This document shows positions 20,221 through 31,334 of a stretch of 64,000 nt of DNA, piece by piece (within the stretch, counting starts at the first letter, position 1; each line of letters opens with the position of its first letter). Under the pieces are notes generated by a model. The model was not told where the DNA came from and made no database searches. It saw nothing but the letters and a program-made list of their open reading frames with translations. Source of the stretch: Bryobacterales bacterium (lineage in GTDB: Bacteria > Acidobacteriota > Terriglobia > Bryobacterales > Bryobacteraceae); assembly GCA_963752205.1 (NCBI GenBank), contig CAVVZG010000031.1:11282-75281 (forward strand). Reading direction: 5' to 3'. The translations under genes and the position numbers were made by a program.

Positions 20221-23200
20221 TCAGAAATCCAACCGCAGCGAGACCTGTCCCGTCCGGTTCCCTCCCTGCCCCGCGGTCTGCGCGGACTGCAAAGCTCCGA
20301 AGGTTGACGGGCTGCTGATGGCGGTGGCTGGCGGCGCAAAGTTCGTGTGATTCAAGACGTTGGTGAAGGTAGATTCGAATCTGAGCCGCATGCGCTCCCT
20401 GATTTGAAAGGTCTTCGACAACCCCGCCGAGACGGAGATTGTTCCCGGACCCTCCAGGATACCGACGCCCGCATCGCCGATTCTTCCCGCGCCCGCCGGT
20501 GTCGGTCCAAACGCGTTAATGTTCCACTCGAGACCGGGAGTCAGGCCTGAGGTCGGATTTCCAATCGCGTCCGGGCGCGCTGTGATGCCGCCCCGCCCTA
20601 CGATGTCGGTGTTCGATTGATCCGCCGTGGGGCTGATGGTGGGCGTGAGATAGGGCCCAGTTTGCAACAGCGTGACGGTGCTCACATTCCAACCGCCCAA
20701 CAGCGCGTTTACAATCGCGGAGTTGCTGTGGAAATTGCGGCCGGTGCCAAACGGCAACTGGTACATACCGGTCAAAAGGAACCGTTGCCGCGGCATGCCG
20801 GCGACGTTTCCGCGAGCCGCGCGGAGGTCGAATTGATCGTAGGAGGGCGTAAACAAGAGGTTTTCCGAAGTAAATCCCCCCGGAGCGTCGCCTTGGGCGT
20901 CGCTAATGTTATGGGCCCAAGTGTAGTTTCCCTGAAAGGATAGTCCGTGCGACGTCCTTTGCGTGGCTTCGAAGGACAGCCCCTGATAGTTGGCAAATCC
21001 CGCATTTGCGCTGTAATTGATTTCGATCCAATTCTGATAAGGAGCGCGCGGATCGACGTAGGGACTAGGTACATAGGGCTGCTTGCTCGGCGGGATCGCG
21101 TTGTAATCTTCCTTCACGTTCATCCGGTAGGAATTCATCCCGGAATAGGTAACTCGTGCGGCCAGGGCAGATGTCAACTGGCGTTCGATCGTTACGCTCC
21201 ATTGTGCTGTTTGAGGATCCTTGAAATTCAGGCTCATGCCATCGTAGAGCCCAGTCCCTCCGTACTGTGCGGTGGTGGATGCGGGAGAAGTTTGCGGAAA
21301 TGTGAACAGCGGCACACCGTTGTTGTTGTTCGAATACGTGTAGGGCGCACCCAGCGGAATGCCGAGAAAATCATAGGCCAGCTGCCCCAAGGGGGTTTGA
21401 GTGAAAATGCCAAACCCCGCGCGAATGACGGTCTTATTATCTCGAAACGGGCGGAAAGCGATACCGATCCGTGGATCGTAATCACCCCAATAGGTGTTCC
21501 GCAGGCTCTGAGACAGGTGATTCTGGCTCGCGGTTACTACATTGCTACAAGGAAGCGTCATGTCCCTCGTGGGCAGGCTGCAGGCATTGAAGGAGATCAG
21601 AAAGGCGTTGTAGTTGGCCTGCAGCAGCGGGCTGGACGGCACTGTTTTGTTGAGGAGGATGTCTGGAACTACGATGTCGCCGTTCCGCGGATCGAAGTTG
21701 GCAATGTCGCCTTGGTTCTCTGTAAATTCGGGAAGCAGCTCCCACCGCATTCCGAAGTTCACGGTGAGCCGGTCGTTTACCTGCCATTGATCTTGGGCGT
21801 AAAACCCCCATTGAACACTCGGTTCATTCGTGTTGGGACTGCTTCCGACAATAAAATCGGTATTGGGTGCGCCCAGCAGGAAATCGCCGAAGGCGCTCCC
21901 CGTGAATACGCCTTGGTTGAACGTGAAGGCGCCGAAATCATCCGATTGACCCCACCTCACTACAGTTTCATAGAAGACGCGGCGCGCGTCTATACCGAAA
22001 CGGAGAGTGTGCTTCCCCATCGTACGGCTGATGTTGTCCGTGAACTGCATGGTTTTTGACTGGCCCGGCCCGTCCTTGTCCCGGCCGATGGGCGTAAAGC
22101 CGGTGCCGTCGGAAAAGTTGAAGGTCGGAAACGCTCCGGTACTCGGGTGATTCGCGAAGCTAATACCGGTCAAGCCAAGTTGGTTGTCGGCCGCGGCGCC
22201 CTGGATTGGAAAAATAGTGTTAACTAGGCTATTGGTAAAACCGAAGCGAAACTCATTCACCATCTTGGGAGAGATGGCGTAGTTATAGGAAACGATCAAA
22301 CTCCGGTCATGTTCCGCATTCAGGTCGTTCGGCAATAGAGGATTCGCTGGGAGGCCCAATTGACCTGAGTCTGAGAGCAAGTTCTTCCAACTGAAACGGG
22401 CATAAATCTGCTGGTTGGAAGTGATGGACTGATCCAGCCTGACATCAAAGCCGTTGGTATTGGAAGGGATGGGCTGGAGCGTTTCATAGTTGTAGCCGCT
22501 CCCGGAGCCACTGACATTGGGCAGCGGGTAATACTCGTTGAGCAACCTTAGGGATACTGGATTCAGCATGGACGTCGGAATCGTGTTGTTCGCGAAAGGC
22601 AGTCCGCTATAGGGATTGATCAAGGAATTGGAGGGCAGACCCGTCTGCGGATTGACGAGAGGAAGCTCATTCAGATTTCCGTTTCGCTCCGCTAGCGTCG
22701 GTACCAAATATTGCTCTGGAGTCGAGGTCCTGCGGCGATTGCCCTCGTAATCGACGTAGAAAAATGTCTTGTCGTGGCCGTTGTACAAATGGGGAATCGT
22801 TACGGGACCGCCGAAGCTGCCGCCAAAAGTATTGAACCGTTTGGGCGCCTTTGACGTGAAGTTGAGAACGGTGGCGTCCAGCGCGTCATTCTGCAAATAC
22901 TCAAACAGGCTGCCGTGAAACTGGTTGGTTCCGCTTTTGGTGATAAACGTCACATCCGCCACTTGGGAAAATTCGGCGCTGTTGTTGAAGGCTGTAACTT
23001 TGAGTTCGGCCAGACCTTCGGACGACGGGTAGGCGTTCTGTAGAGAGCCGTTGGCGGTGACATTGGCCGTGGAAATTCCATCGACGGAATAACCAGTCAT
23101 CGAATAAGTGGCGCCTCCGACCTGTATGTTGCCCTGACTATCCGTGATGACGTTCGGAGATAAGGCAAGCGAGGCGAGCGGGCTCGTGGTTTGGGCTCTG

Positions 23201-23661
23201 AAGTTGAGCGGCATCTGTTGCAGTTGGTCATTTCCCCGGGTGTCGCCGACCGTACCGTTCTCGGTATTGATCTGCGCGGCTGCAGCCTCGACGTTCACGC
23301 TCTGTTGCACCTCCTGAATGGAAAACGCGATATCCACTCGGGCACTCTGACGGGCAACCAAGTCAATCGCGACCGTGGGGGATTTCGCAAATCCCGGACT
23401 GGCCCCCGAGACCTGATATTGTCCCGGCTTTAGGTTCTCAAACAAGTACGTTCCGCCATTGTCGGTGGCGACGGAGCGGTTCGTGTTCTCATCGACATTA
23501 TGAAGCGTGACCACCGCCTGGGACACGGGGAGACCTCCGGGGTCGCGGGCAGTACCGCGGATGTCACCAAAGGTCGATTGTCCGCAACAGATAACGGGCA
23601 AGAGCAAGTAAGCGAAAAGCGCAAAGCGCGCCGAAAGAAATCGAGTCTGTCGTTGGGCCAT
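20221..23661 (-). CDS. TonB-dependent receptor-like outer-membrane protein with an N-terminal CarboxypepD_reg domain (acidobacterial type).
   Basis: 1146-aa ORF with a signal peptide. GTARDPGGLPVSQAVVTLHN...TDNGGTYLFENLKPGQYQV. Plug-plus-barrel-sized body. C-terminal aromatic end ...VSLRLDF. Paralogous to 32221..35595. Confidence 0.85.
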   Translation of the reverse strand: MAQRQTRFLSARFALFAYLLLPVICCGQSTFGDIRGTARDPGGLPVSQAVVTLHNVDENTNRSVATDNGGTYLFENLKPGQYQVSGASPGFAKSPTVAIDLVARQSARVDIAFSIQEVQQSVNVEAAAAQINTENGTVGDTRGNDQLQQMPLNFRAQTTSPLASLALSPNVITDSQGNIQVGGATYSMTGYSVDGISTANVTANGSLQNAYPSSEGLAELKVTAFNNSAEFSQVADVTFITKSGTNQFHGSLFEYLQNDALDATVLNFTSKAPKRFNTFGGSFGGPVTIPHLYNGHDKTFFYVDYEGNRRRTSTPEQYLVPTLAERNGNLNELPLVNPQTGLPSNSLINPYSGLPFANNTIPTSMLNPVSLRLLNEYYPLPNVSGSGSGYNYETLQPIPSNTNGFDVRLDQSITSNQQIYARFSWKNLLSDSGQLGLPANPLLPNDLNAEHDRSLIVSYNYAISPKMVNEFRFGFTNSLVNTIFPIQGAAADNQLGLTGISFANHPSTGAFPTFNFSDGTGFTPIGRDKDGPGQSKTMQFTDNISRTMGKHTLRFGIDARRVFYETVVRWGQSDDFGAFTFNQGVFTGSAFGDFLLGAPNTDFIVGSSPNTNEPSVQWGFYAQDQWQVNDRLTVNFGMRWELLPEFTENQGDIANFDPRNGDIVVPDILLNKTVPSSPLLQANYNAFLISFNACSLPTRDMTLPCSNVVTASQNHLSQSLRNTYWGDYDPRIGIAFRPFRDNKTVIRAGFGIFTQTPLGQLAYDFLGIPLGAPYTYSNNNNGVPLFTFPQTSPASTTAQYGGTGLYDGMSLNFKDPQTAQWSVTIERQLTSALAARVTYSGMNSYRMNVKEDYNAIPPSKQPYVPSPYVDPRAPYQNWIEINYSANAGFANYQGLSFEATQRTSHGLSFQGNYTWAHNISDAQGDAPGGFTSENLLFTPSYDQFDLRAARGNVAGMPRQRFLLTGMYQLPFGTGRNFHSNSAIVNALLGGWNVSTVTLLQTGPYLTPTISPTADQSNTDIVGRGGITARPDAIGNPTSGLTPGLEWNINAFGPTPAGAGRIGDAGVGILEGPGTISVSAGLSKTFQIRERMRLRFESTFTNVLNHTNFAPPATAISSPSTFGALQSAQTAGQGGNRTGQVSLRLDF

Positions 23662-23809
23662 GGTTGTGCTCCTCGAATCGATTCGTGACGTCCGGAATTC
23701 GCAGACTTTGCGAGTGGGTGGAAAGGGCCAGCGAGCCGGCTAACGTAGCCGATAGCTCAACGGGCAACTATCGTTGATTTTCTAACTCTAAGCTCGGGAG
23801 GGAAAGGAT

Positions 23810-25322
23810 TCAATGACCACTCTGCGTCCGCCCGTGATAGCCACTTTCATCGCGGATGATTTTTCGCAAGCGCCGCACTTGGGCGGGCATTTCATCGGTC
23901 TTTGTGCCGCCAAAACCAAGAATGAAGCCCTGGCGGACATTCGTGCCTACGTAAGCGGAAGAGAGGGGCCACAGCCAAAGACCCTCTTGCGCCGCGCGCC
24001 GGGATATCTTCTGATCGGACAACCCGGGCGGTAGCGTGATTACCAGGTGCATGCCGGCTTCCGCGCCCAGGATTTCGATTTCGGACCCGAATTCCTTCCG
24101 CAGCGCTTGCGTGAGCGCGCCGCGCCGCTCCGCGTACAACTGCTTGGTCCTGCGGACGTGGCGCGTGAAATGACCGGCGCTTATGAAATCGGCGAGCGCT
24201 GCCTGATAAAGATGTGACGGGCAGAGATCATTGGCTTGCCGCACCGCGAGAAAGCGGCCTACAAGAGCGGCGGGAATCACGACGTAGCCGATCCGAAGCG
24301 ATGGAAAAAGTGTCTTGCTGAAGGTTCCGATGTAGATTACGCGAGCGCCGGAATCCAGCCCTTGCATGGACGCGACCGGCATGCTTTCATAGCGGTACTC
24401 GCTGTCATAGTCGTCCTCGACGATCCACGCATTGGCCTCATGCGCCCATTCCAGTAGTTGCAAGCGGCGCGCGGCACTCATCGTGGTCCCGAGTGGATAC
24501 TGGTGCGAGGGTGTGACATAGGCCACGCGCGCGTTCCCGGCACATCCTGATGCCGGCCGCGACATCCAATCCTTCACTGTCAACCGGAACCGGAACCAGC
24601 CGGCAACCGGAAAGCGTCAGCGTGTGCCGCAGGAATACGTAGCCTGGCTCCTCGATCCAGACTGGGCAATCCGGGTCGAGCAGCACGCGCGCCGACAGAT
24701 CCAGCGCATGCTGCGAACCATTCACCACCATGATCTGAGAGGCTTCGCAATGAACGGCGCGCGCCGTTCGAAGATAGAGTGCGATCACCTCGCGAAAGTC
24801 CTCCGAACCCATCGGATCCGAATAATTCATCGAGCTGGCGCGCACCTTTCGCGCATGGTGCGTCACCAGGTCAGACCAGACGCGAAACGGAAAATGGTCG
24901 TATGCGATCTGCCCAACGCTGAATGCGCCCGACCCGCGGAACCACGGGGTTCCCTCCACCGGCAGAAGTCTGGAGACGCGTGAAATAGCATCGGATTCTA
25001 GATCGCTCGCAACGTTCGCCATTGCGGGACGCGCGCTAAGGATCTGGTCGGACAGTAGACGCGTTACAAACGTGCCCGCGCCTGAACGACTTTCGATAAA
25101 CCCTTCGGCGAGGAGTTGAGCATAGGCGCCGAGTACGGGAATCCGCGAAATTCGTAGCTCGGCGGCTAAAGCTCGCGACGAGGGAATCTGCTGACCTGGT
25201 TGTAACCTGCGTTCGAGAATCATCGCGCGGAACGCGTCGTAGATTTGCCGGTGGAGCGGCTTTTCGCCTTTACGGTCCACAGCGATCATGGGCGCCGCAG
25301 CGCCATGCGGAGTCTTTCTCAT
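23810..25322 (-). CDS. MocR/PdxR-type regulator (GntR wHTH fused to a fold-type I aminotransferase domain). Frame break in a CGCGCGCG run at 24526-24533.
   Basis: ORF 24438..25322 carries the GntR HTH (LHRQIYDAFRAMILERRLQPGQQIPSSRALAAELRISR) and the start of the AAT domain. After ...VPVPVDSEGLDVAAGIRMC, the protein continues as ARVAYVTPSHQYPLG...TFSKTLFPSLRIGY in the frame of ORF 23810..24583. Confidence 0.8.
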
Positions 25323-25827
25323 CGGTGGATTTCCAGCAGAGCGTCCGGATCTTTACCAATAGACGCGCTGTAGTTCAATCATAGTGGCCATATCGATATG
25401 GCTTCAACTGGCGGTTGAGCGAAACCACATTTCGGGTGACAGCGAAGGCACCGAAGCGTATACAGGCCTCCAGGCAGTAGGCCTCACCGCATTTTCGATC
25501 CCCACCGCATTGAAGAAGATCGGGGCTTGCTCAAGCCTTGCCGGATAGACCGGCCCGATCTCCTATCCGTGATGGCCCTCCGACCATCGCCACTAATTCG
25601 GCGTGGTTAGACTAAAGCCCAATTTTCCTACCACTCGACGCTCACTAATCGACGGCGCACCCCTGCTGCAATAACAGGCGCGCTAGGCTGGCTTGAGCAG
25701 AGGTACGCAATGTGTTTTTAGTAACTTGAGGATTTGCACTCGATGCGTGGAGAAGGATTGCAGTCGAAATTGTAGCTTACGACATCCTCACCATCCGACA
25801 AGCTCAGTTTCTAAGCTGTTGGATCAT

Positions 25828-25878
25828 TGGTCGGGGCGGGGCGATTCGAACGCCCGACCCCTTGTGCGCCCAAGGCAG
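25828..25878 (-). repeat. Diverged partial copy of the tRNA-Pro 3' half (CCA end to anticodon).
   Basis: tggtcggggcggggcgattcgaacgcccgacccc is identical to 37145-37178. The copy then reads ttgtgcgcccaaggcag where the tRNA has ctgcgcccaaggcag (one substitution plus 2 extra nt). The upstream 5' half does not fold into a D-arm/acceptor. Confidence 0.8.
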
Positions 25879-26231
25879 ATTCCGGCCACGCGCCGACAGC
25901 CACAAAATCATCTACAGCCGCATGGGTCCATCCGTTTACTCGATCAGAATTCCTCGCGCGAGTAGCCGAGCGACTCAATTTGGCCCCTTTCCGGCCACCG
26001 GAGTCACTCAGGATGAGAAGAATCAAGAAGCCACGCACTAGGCGGCGGTTAGGAGTATAACTTCGGTACGGAAAACTAAGACTGAAACTCCGGTTTCAGC
26101 TAGAACGGAATTTTTGGGGGGACCCCTCGGTCTTGCTTTCAAGTTCGTTGCATGCGGATGGAGCATTCAATACCCGGTCCCCAAGCAAATCGGATTCCCT
26201 TCCGTTCAATTTCTACGTAGGGTGCCAATAG

Positions 26232-27727
26232 ATGCGACGCAACTGCACACTTGGAATTTTGATTGCTGTGTTAGGTAGTTTGTTTGTCAGTTCGCTCGCG
26301 GCCCGGAATCGACCACCCTTTCTCAAGGGCCCGCGCAAACCGCGCGGCATTTACGCCAAGATTGACATCTCGGCCGAAATTCAAAGGCACCCTAATTACA
26401 CACCTGAGCAGATTGAATCTTATCTCATCGGTCTCTACCAGCAGATGCTGATCAACCCTGCCGTCTCCGGCCTTGCGATCCAGGCGCACTGGGACACGCT
26501 CAATCCCAATCCACCCGGCACGGCTGACGCTTACAGCTGGACTTATCTAGACGACGCCTTCACCCAGACCGAGTTGTGGAATCATGCAAATCCGCACGTG
26601 CCCGCTAAAACCATCCAGTTTATTTTGACGCCCGGCTATCAATCACCTAAATGGATGTTGAATAACATTCCCAGTTGCGACGGGCTTTTCTACACGCCGC
26701 AACAAATTCCTCCGCCCGACTGCGGAAGGGTGACTTTTGTTGCGAACGTGGAAGAAGCCGACGGTAATCAATTTCCGCTGCCATGGAACCCATACTACAA
26801 AAACGCGTGGAGAGACTTCCTTGTTGTTTTTAACGCGCGGTACGGCCAAAACCCCGCGTTCGTCTCCATTGCCGTTGCCGGCCCCACCGCCGCTTCGGAA
26901 GAAATGATCGTTCCCAATAACGTGGGCACGGTCGACCCAGAAGTCCAGTTGCTCCGGAGGGTACTCCCGCGATCCACGCGGACGACATGTGGATTGCGCT
27001 GCTCGCGTTCCACTATCGGGATATGCCCGCCTATCAAAGTTCGGATCAGGCGTTCATTGACGAGTGGGACGCGGCGATCGACATGTATAGAGAAGTTTTC
27101 CAAAACTTGACGCCGGTTGCCACCACTGGCAATGGCCTCATCGATTTCACCACTGGTACCTTCCCCGTCCCTGCCGACGTCTCCGGAGAATGTGGAAAGC
27201 CCGACGAGGATTGCGCTGCCGAAGCGGCGATCATCGCCCACTTCGTGGATCCGTTCGTGGATATTTTCGACGCAAAAGCAACTCAGACGAGTGGATTGGA
27301 AGCATCACGCGCGAACGTCGTCAACTTGGGTGCCGTCGGCGCGAAATTTCTGTCCCTGTCAACAGAGAATTACTTGTTCCCTTCGGCCCAAATCCTCGGC
27401 GGGTTGCAGTTCAACACTTCCGTTTCGCAAAACACCGAGAAGGAGGGCTCCAGCACGGAGGTCGAACAAGCCCTTTTCAACGTGCTGCAAGTCGTCTTCA
27501 CTAATACGCCCGTCGGCAGCCTGTATTGCGAACCCCAGAGCGGTTCGCCACTCAACTATTTGCAGATTTACTACCCGGACTTTCAGTACGCGGATAGCAA
27601 TGGCAATGCGCCGGTTATGGAAGGCACATGTAGCAACGTGAGTATCTCGGCCCAGGCGCTACTGAATACGGCGAGCCAATTGCTCTTCGTGATTTCCTCT
27701 CCAGCGACGCCGTTTCCCGTCTTCTGA
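26232..27727 (+). CDS. Secreted hypothetical protein, possibly a glycoside-hydrolase-like TIM barrel. Frame break near 26930-26950.
   Basis: ORF 26232..27110 (signal peptide; sensible up to ...IVPNNVGTVDP) and ORF 26987..27727. The latter's frame is open upstream as ...SPVAPEGTPAIHADDMWIALLAFHYRDMPAYQ. Together about 498 aa. No confident family assignment. Confidence 0.5.
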
Positions 27728-28229
27728 GGTTTGCGCCGCCGTTGTGAGCGCATTTCATTGTGATAGTTGCGATCGAGATCTCGAACAGATCGAAGAACCA
27801 CTCGATCATCTTATGAGCAAAGTCTTGCGCTTCATCCAACACTCGGGGCCTCCTCGACTTCTGTCTGCAGGGTGGCGCGTGATAGGACTCGCATTATCGG
27901 CGACAAGCCACTTCCCGGTACCAATCCGGCAAACTTCGTCGAACGCTGTTCCGGGTAAGCTCCGAGGGACGGATATCCGGAGCGAGGCAGCGGCCTTGGA
28001 GAGCCCTAAAAGCGATGCAGAAATTCGAGGTACTCAAACTGCCCTCCCGAGGCTCCACGGGTAGATCTTTTCGACAGGGCGTTGCAGGATTTAGATCGTG
28101 TGGGGTATCCTTGCTGTACTACTGCACTCAGCCGTTGCAGTCTCTCCTTCCCCGTTAGAATTTGGTACTCCGTCGGCTCTCACAAGATTGGCTCGCGTTT
28201 TTGTTCGTGCCTGAAGCAGACCCCTTCTC

Positions 28230-29651
28230 ATGCCGAGAACAAAGATTGTGGCTACGCTCGGACCCGCGATTAGCGGCACGTCCACCTTGAAGAGTATGTT
28301 TCAGGCGGGCGTGAATGTGTTTCGTCTGAATGCCAGCCACGGTACGTGGGACGATCATCTGACGCGCATCGCCAGTGTGCGTGCCGCCGCAGCGGAGTTG
28401 AGCATCCAATGCGGAATCCTGCTGGACCTACAGGGCCCGAAGATCCGTCTTGGAACCTTCCAGGGCGGCCAGTGCGAGTTGCAATCGGGCAATATTTTCA
28501 CGATTACCACGGAGAAGGTGCAGGGCACTCCTGAGTTGGCATCCACCGGCTATGTGCAATTTGCCAAAGATGTGAAGCAGGGTGACAGCGTTTTCCTCGC
28601 TGACGGGACCGTCCAACTCAAGGTGCTCGACACCGACGCCGTATCAGCACGGTGCGAAGTTGTTATCGGGGGATGTCTGAGCGACCACAAGGGGATTAAC
28701 CTACCCGGCGTGGAGCTGAGCACGCCGTCGCTCACCCGCAAAGACATGGAAGACCTGCAGCGCGGCCTACAAGCGGGTATCGATTTCGTAGCCCTCTCTT
28801 TCGTGCGGAAAGCGAGCGATCTACAAAGAGTGAGGCTTTACCTGGAGGAGAAGGACGCACAGATTCCAGTCATCGCGAAGATAGAGAAACCAGAAGCCTG
28901 GAAGAACCTGGAGCAGATTCTCGATGAAATTGAAGGGGTCATGGTGGCTCGCGGCGATCTCGGCGTCGAACTGGCTCTAGAGAAGGTGCCGTTTATTCAG
29001 AAGCGAATCATCGAGCGGGCGCGAGCAAAGGGGAAATTCGTCATTACTGCGACCCAAATGCTGGAATCGATGATCGAGCACTCATCACCTACGCGGGCAG
29101 AAGTGAGCGATGTCGCCAACGCAATCTGCGACGGCACGGATGCGGTAATGCTGTCCGCGGAAACTTCCACTGGCCGTTACCCGGAGCTGGCCGCTCGCAT
29201 GATGGCTCGCATCGCCGAGGAGACCGAGCGTTGGCTAGGCCCCCAAGGCTTTCCTGAACCACTGCCGCCCCTCACGCCGTCGAATGCGGAGATCATTGCA
29301 GATGCCGCTTATCACGCAGCCAGGTCGGCGGGAGTGGCAGCGATCGTAGTTTTCACGAGTAGCGGAGCGAGCGCGCGGTTGATATCCCGGTTCCGGCCCC
29401 CGGTGCCGGTTTATGCTTTTACCCAAAATGAATGTGTCGCGCGGCAGTTGAGCATTACCTTTGGAGTTGAGCCGATCCTAGCGCCGGACGTGAAATCGAC
29501 GGATCAGATGCTGCTCCAAATGGAGCATATATTGGTCAATTCCGGCCGGCTTAAGCCGAACGACAATGTCGTCTTTGTGGCGGGACAGCCCATCGGCCGA
29601 ACGGGCAGCACCAATCTGATCAAGCTCCACCGTATCGGAGAGAATAAGTAA
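28230..29651 (+). CDS. pyk: Pyruvate kinase.
   Basis: MPRTKIVATLGPA, GVNVFRLNASHG, IAKIEKPEAWKNLEQILDEIEGVMVARGDLGVEL, ATQMLESMIEH, DAVMLSAETS. Confidence 0.92.
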   Translation: MPRTKIVATLGPAISGTSTLKSMFQAGVNVFRLNASHGTWDDHLTRIASVRAAAAELSIQCGILLDLQGPKIRLGTFQGGQCELQSGNIFTITTEKVQGTPELASTGYVQFAKDVKQGDSVFLADGTVQLKVLDTDAVSARCEVVIGGCLSDHKGINLPGVELSTPSLTRKDMEDLQRGLQAGIDFVALSFVRKASDLQRVRLYLEEKDAQIPVIAKIEKPEAWKNLEQILDEIEGVMVARGDLGVELALEKVPFIQKRIIERARAKGKFVITATQMLESMIEHSSPTRAEVSDVANAICDGTDAVMLSAETSTGRYPELAARMMARIAEETERWLGPQGFPEPLPPLTPSNAEIIADAAYHAARSAGVAAIVVFTSSGASARLISRFRPPVPVYAFTQNECVARQLSITFGVEPILAPDVKSTDQMLLQMEHILVNSGRLKPNDNVVFVAGQPIGRTGSTNLIKLHRIGENK

Positions 29652-29778
29652 AGCTTTCCTCACCAGCTGACTAGCCGCTTCCGCCGCCGGACGTGCCCAT
29701 AGGGGTGTAAAGAACCGACCGAGACAGGTTCCCTTTGCTTGTGTTTCAACATGGAGATTCGCGGAAGATTACGCCTAT

Positions 29779-29827
29779 TGGTCGGGGCGGGGCGATTCGA
29801 ACGCCCGACCCCCTGCGCCCAAGGCAG
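29779..29827 (-). repeat. Exact 49-nt direct repeat of the tRNA-Pro 3' end (CCA through the anticodon); att-like site.
   Basis: tggtcggggcggggcgattcgaacgcccgaccccctgcgcccaaggcag is identical to 37145-37193, then diverges (tttccgcg vs gtgcgcta). No acceptor 5' strand or D-arm, so it is not a functional tRNA. Confidence 0.9.
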
Positions 29828-30128
29828 TTTCCGCGATTCCTCGGAATACTCTATTTTCTTCCGCTTAGGTTTCAAGTAGATGCGGCACGCTTGTTGAGGT
29901 CGAGGAAGGATGTTGAAGCTGGCGGCTTTGGGCAGCTACATTTATGTCTACAGTTGGATGGCGTGGACTCCCCTCGGAAGTAGCAACGCCACGATTGAAT
30001 GACTTTTGTTTTCCCACCAGACGAAGGATGGATCAACCCTGTCGCAAAGTTCCGGCATTTTAGTTTTTGGAACGCTGAGCGATAAAGGGAGACTCTAGCG
30101 AGAGACGGTCATCCGGGTGCCGAAAGTG

Positions 30129-31319
30129 CTAGCGTTCGCCACCTATTTCCGTGTGAATGCCAAAGGTAGCCACGAGCACGGCAAGAGTGAATCCGCTCAA
30201 CGCAAGAAAGCTGGATTGAAAGGTTCCCGACCAATCCACCATATGGCCGATGAGGGGCGGGGCTGCGAGGATCATTACGATCCCCAGCATGTTCACCAGA
30301 CCCATGGCAGCGCCCGACCGAGCGGGATAGAGCGCGGCAGCCCGATTGAACACCCCGGCATACGGTAACCCCGCGCCCACGCCCAACAGGAAAACGCCCA
30401 CCGCTGCTCGAACCAAAGACGCCGCCCCCAATCCGAAACAAAGGCAGGCGATTACACACAGCGCCAGGCCTATGCGCAAAGTGCGCCGTGCCCCCAAACG
30501 CGGCACCAACATTCCACCAATGGGCCTCGTGGCGACGCCGATCACCAGAACCAGAGAACCAATCCTGCCGGCTTGGACTGCCGTGAGATGGAATGATTTC
30601 GTCAGATAGGTACTGATCCAGACGCCAATCACGATGACCAGCCCAAACGACGCCATTTGCACGAGTCCCAACAGCCATAGTTGCGGACTCCGTAACATGC
30701 CGAGCAAGGGCGCGGGCTTATGAATTCGAACCGGCGCGGCCGGAGTCATGAACGTCCAGATAAGAGCCGCCGCCGCCGCGACCGCCGCGGTACAAAGAAA
30801 AGCCCCACGCCAACCAAAGGCGCCCGAGAGCAACGGTACCGCATAAATAACGAATCCGGACCCCAGCAAAACGGAACCGCCATAACAGCCCTGTGCCAGA
30901 TGCAAATGCGGACCTGCAAACATATTCGCGACATAACGTGCCCCGGCAACAAAACTGATTCCCGTTCCAATTCCTACAAAAATCTTGAGCAGCAAAAGCT
31001 GCGTGTAGCTGCCCGCAAACGCCAGTGAGATATTGCCCAGACAGACGATTGCCAGCGCAATGGATACTACGCGGCCAGAGCCAAATTTATCGGCGATAGT
31101 TCCACCGGGAAGCTGGATACCCCCATGTGTGAGAAAGATCCCAGTGGTGAGAAGCCCGGCGGCGGCAAGACTAAATTTGAACTCCGCAATCAGCGCCGCC
31201 ACCATGGGAGCGTGGTTGGTGTAGTTCGCCGAAAAAGCGAAGCCGACCACACAAACCGAGAAAAGCCCGAGCATCTCGGCTCGCGTCAGACGGGTCTCAA
31301 CCTGCTGTGCTGTCGCCAT
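30129..31319 (-). CDS. MFS transporter.
   Basis: 396-aa ORF, hydrophobic throughout with about 12 predicted TM segments and MFS-like loop motifs (GTIADKFGSGR). Confidence 0.85.
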   Translation of the reverse strand: MATAQQVETRLTRAEMLGLFSVCVVGFAFSANYTNHAPMVAALIAEFKFSLAAAGLLTTGIFLTHGGIQLPGGTIADKFGSGRVVSIALAIVCLGNISLAFAGSYTQLLLLKIFVGIGTGISFVAGARYVANMFAGPHLHLAQGCYGGSVLLGSGFVIYAVPLLSGAFGWRGAFLCTAAVAAAAALIWTFMTPAAPVRIHKPAPLLGMLRSPQLWLLGLVQMASFGLVIVIGVWISTYLTKSFHLTAVQAGRIGSLVLVIGVATRPIGGMLVPRLGARRTLRIGLALCVIACLCFGLGAASLVRAAVGVFLLGVGAGLPYAGVFNRAAALYPARSGAAMGLVNMLGIVMILAAPPLIGHMVDWSGTFQSSFLALSGFTLAVLVATFGIHTEIGGER

Positions 31320-31334
31320 AAGCTTTTGTATAGC

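Noticed and set aside
25827-26060. ORFs 25827..26060, 29735..29983 and 37053..37337 share the peptide GRGGAIRTPDPLRPRQ (or a close variant), which could be read as a small protein family.
   Set aside because: The shared peptide is the plus-strand translation of the tRNA-Pro 3' half and its copies. The similarity ends exactly where the nucleotide repeat ends.
27615-28064. Possible decayed integrase or transposase gene in the ORF-poor stretch upstream of pyk (ORFs 27615..27842(-), 27744..28064(+)).
   Set aside because: Hand translation of both strands gave no recombinase or transposase motifs (no R..H..R..Y, no DDE context). This cannot be excluded without a profile search.
29779-29870. The partial tRNA copies at 29.8 kb and 25.8 kb as additional functional tRNA-Pro genes.
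   Set aside because: Upstream of the anticodon there is no D-arm and no 5' acceptor strand complementary to CGCCCCG. The 25.8-kb copy offers only a CGGCGCG with a mismatch and a far too short spacer. They are remnants, not genes.
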